Shown here: one piece after another, positions 57,599-64,000 of the stretch | How positions within the stretch are numbered: the stretch's first letter is position 1 | Layout of the letters: the number at the start of each line of letters is the position of its first letter | NCBI GenBank assembly: GCA_030647655.1 | Contig: JAUSJH010000009.1 | Span: forward strand, 18,196 to 82,195 | Direction of reading: 5' to 3' | DNA length: 64,000 nt | Origin: a bacterium | GTDB taxonomy: Bacteria > Patescibacteriota > Minisyncoccia > Phycocordibacterales > UBA2100 | Translations under genes and position numbers: made by a program | Notes under the pieces: model-generated | The model's database searches: none | What the model saw: the letters and a program-made list of their open reading frames with translations, nothing else | What the model was told of the DNA's origin: nothing

Positions 57599-58402
57599 TC
57601 ACAGTAACTCTTGTGCAATCTTGCCCCACTTTTCAAGGGGCACATCTTCAGCGCGTGCTTTTTCACCCATGCCGGAGAGGGCGAGTGCTGCACGTGCCTC
57701 CTCTTTTCCGAATACAGCGGCAAGATTATTCGCAAGAAACTTTCGTTTCGATGCGAACCCCGCCCGTACCACCTTGAAAAACACCTTTTCGCTTACATTT
57801 AAGAAAAATACTTTTGATATATTGTCGACGAGCAGTATTGCGGAATCGACCGAGGGTGGCGGAGAAAAGTTGCCCCGCGACACTTTTGCGACGACCTTTG
57901 GCGTGCCATACGCTTTGACAGAAAGTGAAAGAATACTTTCTTTGCCGTTTCGAGCGATGATGCGCTCGGCGACCTCTTTTTGCACGAGAAGTGCCATCGC
58001 GCGCGGCTGCACCTTGGCTTCGAGAAACTGCCTGATTATTTCTCCTGTAATGTAGTACGGAATGTTCGCGGCCACGACATATTTTTTCAAACCCAACGTT
58101 TCCGCCGTGACGTCACGAATGTCTTCGAGAACGACTTTCAGCTTACCCGCGCGTATTTTTTCGGAAAATGTCCTTTGTAGTTGCTCGACGAGCTTCTCGT
58201 CTTTCTCGATCGCGACAACGTTCGATCCCGTCGCCAGGAGCTCCTTGGTGAGCGCGCCCTTTCCCGGGCCTATCTCAAGAATCTTTTCATCTGGCTGCAC
58301 ACAGACGGCTTCCGAGAGTTTTCGCGCGGCCCAGGGCCCCGTCAAAAAGTGCTGCCCGAGCCGCACCCCTTTCTTTTTTCTAGCGGATTTCATAGAAGTC
58401 AT
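57599..58402 (-). CDS. rsmA: 16S rRNA adenine dimethyltransferase RsmA/KsgA
   Basis: LGQHFL, EIGPGKG.LT, ANIPYYIT, QKEVAERI, F.P.P.VDSA. Confidence 0.96.
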   Translation of the reverse strand: MTSMKSARKKKGVRLGQHFLTGPWAARKLSEAVCVQPDEKILEIGPGKGALTKELLATGSNVVAIEKDEKLVEQLQRTFSEKIRAGKLKVVLEDIRDVTAETLGLKKYVVAANIPYYITGEIIRQFLEAKVQPRAMALLVQKEVAERIIARNGKESILSLSVKAYGTPKVVAKVSRGNFSPPPSVDSAILLVDNISKVFFLNVSEKVFFKVVRAGFASKRKFLANNLAAVFGKEEARAALALSGMGEKARAEDVPLEKWGKIAQELL

Positions 58403-60314
58403 CGAGAAGTCCGCTTTTTTTCTGCGCGGGCGTGCTCGTCACGTCGGCGAGTAGCCGCGCGTCAATGTCGGATAGAAATTCAGAAGGAAGCGCACGTTCG
58501 CGTGTGCCATATTTTGAGCGCTCACAGGCATAGCTCAAGAATAAATATTTGCGCGCCCGCGTGAGCGCGACATAGAAAAGTCGGCGCTCTTCTTCCGGAT
58601 CGAGCGCTTCCTCATTGCGTATCGAAGGAAAGAGTCCTTGCTCGAGACCGACCACAAAGACCGCGTCAAATTCTAATCCTTTCGCGGCATGTACTGTCAT
58701 GAGCGATATCGCACCTTTGTCGCGATTCATATCGAGCTCATCTTGCTCGCTCTGCAGAGCCGCTTCTTCCAAAAGCCGCTCGATACCGAGAGGCGGCTCG
58801 TCGCTCTCGTATTTTGAGGCGAGATTCGCAAGCTCGCGCACGTTGCCGAGGTGCTCCGCATCTTCCTCGGTATTCCCTCCATACATTTTTTGTATCCCGC
58901 TCGCTTCAATACAGAAGCGTACAGCCTCTGATGTGGGCAATGTATTCAGCGCGTGCCTAATTACCGCCAGTGTTTCTTTGAAGGCCGCAACTTTTGTGCT
59001 CGTTGCTCCGAGCGGTTGCCCCGAGAGCATTTTATCGAGCGTCACCTTCCCAATACCGCGTGGCGGCACTCCGACAATGCGCACAAAATCGCTCTTAGCT
59101 TTCGGATTAAGCGCCACGCGCAGATACGAAAGAACATCTTTCACCTCTTTTCGCTCGAAGAATCGAGTGCCCAAGACACGGTACGGAAGTCCTGCATGCA
59201 AAAGAGCCTCTTCTAGTACGCGCGATTGTGCATTTTCGCGATAGAGCACCGCGATCTCATGCGCAGGCACGCCCTTGTCGATAAGGGTAGCGGCTTGTTC
59301 TACGACGAACCACGCTTCGTACCGCTCATCAAGAGCTCCATACATGGTAATCGGGTCTCCAGTTTCATTTTCGCTGAAGAGTGTCTTAGGAATTCTGTTC
59401 GTATTTTTCTCGATGACCGCATTTGCAGCGGCGACAATCGTGCGTGTGGAGCGATAATTTTGCTCGAGCCGCACGACCTTCACTTTAGGGAACACGCGCT
59501 CGAAGGAAAGCAAATTTCCGATCTCCGCTTGTCGCCACGTATAGATACATTGATCCAAATCTCCTACAACGCACATATTGCCACGCTCGCCGCAGAGAAG
59601 TTTCATAAGCTCGTACTGCACACCGCTCGTATCTTGGTACTCATCGACGATGAGGTAGCGCCACCGATTTTGCAAAAGCGAGAGTATTTTCGGGGACTCG
59701 CGCACGAGTGTAAGCGTGCGCACCAAGAGATCATCGAAGTCTAGGCTATCTTCCGCTTTGAGCGCCTGCTCGTAGCGCTCCCATACTTGTGCCACCATTC
59801 TTTCGCGGCGGGTCGATGCGCGCTCACCATACTCTTCGAGCGATTTACCTCCGCCTTTCTCGCGCGAGATGGCCCCGAGTATTTGTCGCGGTGTCCACTC
59901 CTCGGTATCGAGCCGCTTGAGCTCGGATTTCACGGTCCGCAGGCTATCATCGCGGTCCCAGATGCTAAAACTGCGAGAAATGCCAGCTTCCTTATGGAAC
60001 TCGCGCAAGAGCCGCACGCCAAGCGAGTGGAAAGTGGCGACGAGCGGTGTCCCCTGAGCTTGTCGAAGGGCGTTACCAAGCAATTTCTGCACTCTTTCGC
60101 GCATTTCCCCCGCGGCCTTATTCGTAAACGTGACCGCAAGTATTGACGAGGCCGGAACACCTTCTTCTATTAGGTGCGCGATGCGGTGCACGATAGTTTT
60201 CGTCTTGCCGGCTCCAGCTCCAGCCACTATCAAAAGCGGGCCATCGATGTGTAAAACAGCAGCTTTTTGTCGGTCGTTCAAGCCTTTGAGATACGAAACC
60301 TCGCTAGAAACCAT
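58380..60314 (-). CDS. pcrA: ATP-dependent DNA helicase PcrA/UvrD
   Basis: AGAGAGKT, TFTNKAA, VDEYQDT, VGD.DQ.IY, LEQNYRS, TVHAAKGLEF, EERRLFYVALTRA. Confidence 0.96.
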   Translation of the reverse strand: MVSSEVSYLKGLNDRQKAAVLHIDGPLLIVAGAGAGKTKTIVHRIAHLIEEGVPASSILAVTFTNKAAGEMRERVQKLLGNALRQAQGTPLVATFHSLGVRLLREFHKEAGISRSFSIWDRDDSLRTVKSELKRLDTEEWTPRQILGAISREKGGGKSLEEYGERASTRRERMVAQVWERYEQALKAEDSLDFDDLLVRTLTLVRESPKILSLLQNRWRYLIVDEYQDTSGVQYELMKLLCGERGNMCVVGDLDQCIYTWRQAEIGNLLSFERVFPKVKVVRLEQNYRSTRTIVAAANAVIEKNTNRIPKTLFSENETGDPITMYGALDERYEAWFVVEQAATLIDKGVPAHEIAVLYRENAQSRVLEEALLHAGLPYRVLGTRFFERKEVKDVLSYLRVALNPKAKSDFVRIVGVPPRGIGKVTLDKMLSGQPLGATSTKVAAFKETLAVIRHALNTLPTSEAVRFCIEASGIQKMYGGNTEEDAEHLGNVRELANLASKYESDEPPLGIERLLEEAALQSEQDELDMNRDKGAISLMTVHAAKGLEFDAVFVVGLEQGLFPSIRNEEALDPEEERRLFYVALTRARKYLFLSYACERSKYGTRERALPSEFLSDIDARLLADVTSTPAQKKSGLLDDFYEIR

Positions 60315-60484
60315 AAAATCTTGGGGGAAAGGTAAGAGTGTCATTCGGAGAGTTGAAACGAGAAGATTCTGGTGGGAACATGCGCGGACTATAGCACGTG
60401 ACGGCGCCCCTGTTTAGAGAATGGCTTGAAATAAGACTATAAATGGCTGCTAACACGTTATCCACCGTTGTTATCGAATATGAA

Positions 60485-60513
60485 TTGACTGTGAACCCCT
60501 GTAAAGGTAGAGT
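60485..60513 (+). promoter_or_regulatory. Sigma70 promoter
   Basis: TTGACT-N17-TAGAGT; predicted transcription start near 60519. Confidence 0.7.
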
Positions 60514-60518
60514 GGACC

Positions 60519-60750
60519 GAGCGGCACCAACTGACCTTCCGGCTCATCTTAAAAGAGTGAGATTTAGAGCCAAATTTCCAGACATCCGCACGTGCCGTGG
60601 CTCAAATTAGGCTTATTATCTAGCGCAGCGAGGGAAGACAAGAGGCTTGCTTCTGTATGTACCTTGCCAGCGATGATGAAAAGCCGATGAAATCGGCTTA
60701 TATCAGAGAAACAAAGTGATCCTCGCGCGGATTTTGCAATTCCGCGAGCG
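60519..60750 (+). ncRNA. Candidate structured 5' leader RNA (possible pseudoknot) upstream of the LysM/M23 peptidase
   Basis: GAGCGGCAC/GTGCCG..GCTC outer stem, GGCTC/GAGCC inner stem, possible CTTCC/GGAAG pseudoknot, AAGCCGAT/ATCGGCTT hairpin. Confidence 0.5.
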
Positions 60751-61788
60751 GTGAAATATCGATCGTTAAAATCCGTTCGCTCGGCGGCCACTCTCATATC
60801 CCTCCTTCTCGTACTTGGAACACTCATGCCGGTGGCCGCTCGGGCAAGCGTTTTGAGCGACTTTGTGGCTTCTGTCATGCGAAATCCGGAGAAGCAGACC
60901 AACTCTGTTTCTGGCGGAGGCAATGTTCAGACAATGCCGCTACCCAAGCCCGCGATGAATGCTGACCCGATGGCCGGCAAGGGCGGTGGCGACATCAAGA
61001 TTGTTGACGACAGCGCGCTCGTTCCCGATGAGGGACCTTCCGGGACGCCCGTCGAATATGAAAGACCGAAGAACTCCAAGATCAGTCTCTACGTTGTGCG
61101 CGAAGGAGACGCGCTCTCTTCGATAGGGAAACTTTTCGGCGTCTCGCCCAATACCATCCTCTGGGCGAACGATTTGCCACGAGGGTCTGTCATACAAGTG
61201 GGTCAGGAGCTCACCATCCTTCCCGTCACGGGGGTCAAACACACAGTCAAGAAAGGAGACACCCTGGCATCGATTGCCAAGCAATACGGAGGCAATGCGA
61301 ATGAAATTGCGAGTTTTAACGGCCTCGATGGTCCACTTGCTGTCGGAACCAACATCTTGATACCGGATGGTGAGATTGCGGCGGCTCCTGCAACAAAGGT
61401 ATCAGCCGGGATTGCGACTCCGAAAGGCACACCCACACAGATTGGGTACTACCTGCGGCCCATCGTTGGGGGTACGAGGACGCAAGGTATTCACGGATAC
61501 AACGGCGTTGACCTCGCCGCCCCAATAGGCACGCCGATTCTCGCTTCTGCGGATGGCAACGTCATTATCGCGAAAGAGACGGGATGGAACGGTGGTTACG
61601 GAAGCTACATTGTTATCCAACATAACAATGGGACTCAGACGCTCTACAGCCACGCATCCAAGGTCGGTGTCTCTGTAGGTCAACATGTAAATCGAGGCGT
61701 AGTCATCGGAGCGGTAGGGAGGAGCGGTAAGGCGACGGGGCCACACGTTCACTTCGAGATACGTGACGGGATTAAAAATCCGTTCTAA
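60751..61788 (+). CDS. LysM-LysM-M23 family peptidoglycan endopeptidase
   Basis: Two LysM domains (YVVREGD.LSSI, HTVKKGDTLASIA), HGYNGVD, GYG, HVHFE. Confidence 0.93.
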   Translation: MKYRSLKSVRSAATLISLLLVLGTLMPVAARASVLSDFVASVMRNPEKQTNSVSGGGNVQTMPLPKPAMNADPMAGKGGGDIKIVDDSALVPDEGPSGTPVEYERPKNSKISLYVVREGDALSSIGKLFGVSPNTILWANDLPRGSVIQVGQELTILPVTGVKHTVKKGDTLASIAKQYGGNANEIASFNGLDGPLAVGTNILIPDGEIAAAPATKVSAGIATPKGTPTQIGYYLRPIVGGTRTQGIHGYNGVDLAAPIGTPILASADGNVIIAKETGWNGGYGSYIVIQHNNGTQTLYSHASKVGVSVGQHVNRGVVIGAVGRSGKATGPHVHFEIRDGIKNPF

Positions 61789-61902
61789 TACATCGCTATG
61801 AACAACCTACTCATAACGCTCAGTTACCTCATCCGTTTCCTTGTGTAGGAACAGCCGATTTTACTTGCGCGAGACGGGAAGAAATGCTACTTTAGGGTAG
61901 CT

Positions 61903-62910
61903 GTGTTAACGATGGATGTCATAGTTGATCTCCAGTATGGAGATTGCGGGAAAGGCAAAGTTGCCCACTATTTAAGCCACAAATACTCCTATACGCACGT
62001 GCTCCGTTACAACGGCGGTTGCAACGCGGGACACACCATTTTCCATAAGGGAAAGAAATTCGTCACCCACCACATTCCGGCGGGCGTTTTTTTTGGCGTG
62101 AAGTCCATCATCGGCTCCGGATGCGTGCTCGACCCCGACCAATTCTTCCGAGAGATAGTTATGCTCGAAAAAGGCGGCGTACGCACAAAAGGAAAGATAT
62201 TCATTGCCGATAATACGCACGTCATCACGGATGCGCACAAGAATGAAGACAAGCAGAAAGGCGGCAAGATAGGTACGACGGGTCGTGGCAACGGCCCCGC
62301 GTATCGCGACAAGTACGGCCGCACGGGCGTCCGCGCGCTTGAGATTCCGAAACTTAGGCCTTACCTAATCAATCTCTACAAGGAATGGTATGAGAATAAA
62401 AAAGATGTGCATATCCTCGCGGAGGGTGCGCAGGGATTCGGTCTCGATATTGATTGGGGCGATTATCCATTCGTTACTTCGAGCCACTGCACAGCAGCCG
62501 GCGCACTTTTGAATGGACTTCCGGCGAGCGCAATTCGTGATGTGTGGGGCGTTGCAAAAATCTATGAGACATACGTCGGCAGTAAGAAATTCCAGCCGAA
62601 AGGTGAAGTGTTCAAAAAAATAGCCGAGCTTGGGGAGGAATTTGGCTCGACAACCGGCCGCCGCCGCCAGACCAATTGGATGAACATGCAAACCCTTGAA
62701 CGTGCTATTCGGATGAACGGAGTCACGCACATTGTCTTCAGCAAGACCGACGTCTTGCGCGCGGTGGGAGAGTGGGCGGTGATAGATAAAAATAAAGTTG
62801 TGTCGTTCAAAAGCGAAAAAGCGATGCAGGATTTCATCCTCAAGCGCCTCAAATCATTCGGTATCGCAAAAAACAAAGTGTATTTTTCGGATAGCAAGGA
62901 GACGATTTGA
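61903..62910 (+). CDS. purA: Adenylosuccinate synthetase (short form)
   Basis: QYGD.GKGK, GG.NAGHT, IGTTGRG.GPAY.DK, EGAQG..LD.D.G.YPFVTSS, TYVG, TTGR.R. Confidence 0.94.
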   Translation: MLTMDVIVDLQYGDCGKGKVAHYLSHKYSYTHVLRYNGGCNAGHTIFHKGKKFVTHHIPAGVFFGVKSIIGSGCVLDPDQFFREIVMLEKGGVRTKGKIFIADNTHVITDAHKNEDKQKGGKIGTTGRGNGPAYRDKYGRTGVRALEIPKLRPYLINLYKEWYENKKDVHILAEGAQGFGLDIDWGDYPFVTSSHCTAAGALLNGLPASAIRDVWGVAKIYETYVGSKKFQPKGEVFKKIAELGEEFGSTTGRRRQTNWMNMQTLERAIRMNGVTHIVFSKTDVLRAVGEWAVIDKNKVVSFKSEKAMQDFILKRLKSFGIAKNKVYFSDSKETI

Positions 62911-62928
62911 GGAACTGCTCAGGCCATT

Positions 62929-64000
62929 TCACATCTCTCTGGCTCGATACTGTAATGCCTCCAACATATGTCCCGGTTCTATTGTTTCGTTTTCTGCGAG
63001 GTCGGCGATGGTGCGCGCGAGTTTGATGGTGCGATGATACCCGCGCGGGGAAAGTTTCATCGAGCGAGCGGCGCCTTGGAGCGTTTCCTCCGCTTTCGGC
63101 GTAAGCACCGCGAACGACTCTATCTCTTTTGGCCCCATATCCGAGTTCGTCGAGATCCCTTTCGCCTCTTTGAATCGCTCGCTTTGGCGCGCACGAGCGC
63201 GAGCGATGAGCTCGCGCGCGCGGGCCGTCTCGCCCGAAGCCCGCTTTGCTTTCATCGAGAGTGATTCCGGCGGCATCTCGCCCACAGAAACCCACATGTC
63301 GATGCGATCGGCTATCGGTCCCGAGAGCTTTCTGCGATATTTCTCGACGAGGTGCGGCATACATTTGCACCGCTGAGTGCCCCAAAATCCACAAGGGCAC
63401 GGATTGAGCGCGGCTATGAGCATGAAATTAGCGGGAAATATCACTGAGCCTTTTGCGCGCGCAATAGAGACCACCCGATCTTCAAGTGGCTGGCGTAGCG
63501 CATTGATTACATCACGGTGGAACTCTGGGAATTCATCAGCAAAAAGGACGCCGCGATGCGCGAGCGTTGCCTCGCCGGGGCGAATTCCACTTGAGCCACC
63601 GCCGATGAGCGCTGCATACGATGATGTGTGATGTGGAGCGCGGAAGGGTGGGCGGAACATTGCATTCCCGCGGAGTGTTCCCGCGAGCGAATGAATTGTC
63701 GTCACCTCTATCATCTCTTCTTCGGAAAGATCTGGAAGTATCGAAGCGGCCGCACGGGCAAGCAAAGTTTTTCCTGTGCCGGGAGGGCCATACAGCGCGA
63801 TGTTGTGCCCGCCAGCGGCGGCGATGATGAGCCCGCGCTTGGCGCTTTCCTGCCCGCGGATCTCGTCGAGCGCGGCAATGTCGTCCTCTCGCGCCAACTT
63901 TTGGCGTGCCGGCATATCTCGCGGCTTCGCGTCGGGATTTTGCAATTGCTCAAGCGCGTCCGCGAGGGACGAAACTGGACGCACACACAATTCTGAAATC
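62929..64000 (-). CDS. comM: YifB/ComM Mg-chelatase-like AAA+ ATPase (5' part outside the window)
   Basis: IRGQ..AKR...AAAGGHN, GPPGTGKT, PFRAPHH, PGE.TLAHRGVLF.DE, NPCPCG, LARTIADL. Confidence 0.93.
   Translation of the reverse strand, partial: ISELCVRPVSSLADALEQLQNPDAKPRDMPARQKLAREDDIAALDEIRGQESAKRGLIIAAAGGHNIALYGPPGTGKTLLARAAASILPDLSEEEMIEVTTIHSLAGTLRGNAMFRPPFRAPHHTSSYAALIGGGSSGIRPGEATLAHRGVLFADEFPEFHRDVINALRQPLEDRVVSIARAKGSVIFPANFMLIAALNPCPCGFWGTQRCKCMPHLVEKYRRKLSGPIADRIDMWVSVGEMPPESLSMKAKRASGETARARELIARARARQSERFKEAKGISTNSDMGPKEIESFAVLTPKAEETLQGAARSMKLSPRGYHRTIKLARTIADLAENETIEPGHMLEALQYRAREM

Noticed and set aside
61798-61848. 16-codon hydrophobic ORF MNNLLITLSYLIRFLV after the M23 gene
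   Set aside because: Too short to support without conservation or ribosome-profiling data.

Overview
This is a 64 kb chromosomal segment around the replication origin of a small-genome bacterium. Gene content and synteny point to Patescibacteria/CPR, probably Parcubacteria (inference). It uses the standard genetic code. The core backbone includes riboflavin kinase, rpsT, ruvA/B/C, murE, trmH, gdhA, holA, polA, a PilB/GspE ATPase, yebC, PBP1A, dnaN-oriC-dnaA, rpmH-rnpA-yidC-jag, rsmA, pcrA, a LysM/M23 peptidase, purA and comM, plus three tRNAs (Ser-TGA, Arg-GCG, Lys-TTT). A 12.7 kb VirB4/PrgI/VirB6/pilin (T4SS-like) cluster sits next to oriC. Less expected observations: (1) a tRNA-Lys-adjacent signalling/envelope island in which four promoters share a precisely spaced TTCAT-N6-TTCAT-N11-(-10) motif, a likely autoregulated OmpR-family regulon controlling FN3, YggT, GlsB and GH10 genes; (2) a family of secreted proteins with unrelated Cys-rich N-terminal heads on a conserved Pro/Gln linker and C-terminal module; (3) duplicated gene 3' ends (tRNA-Arg, rpsT) bracketing small cargo with no integrase in the window; (4) short palindromic elements sitting in-frame in housekeeping genes; (5) three unannotated structured RNA candidates; (6) a pervasive -10 hexamer 6-7 nt before ATG, suggesting leaderless mRNAs. 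No CRISPR array, rRNA, transposase, integrase or reverse transcriptase was seen. All calls were made by eye with no database searches.
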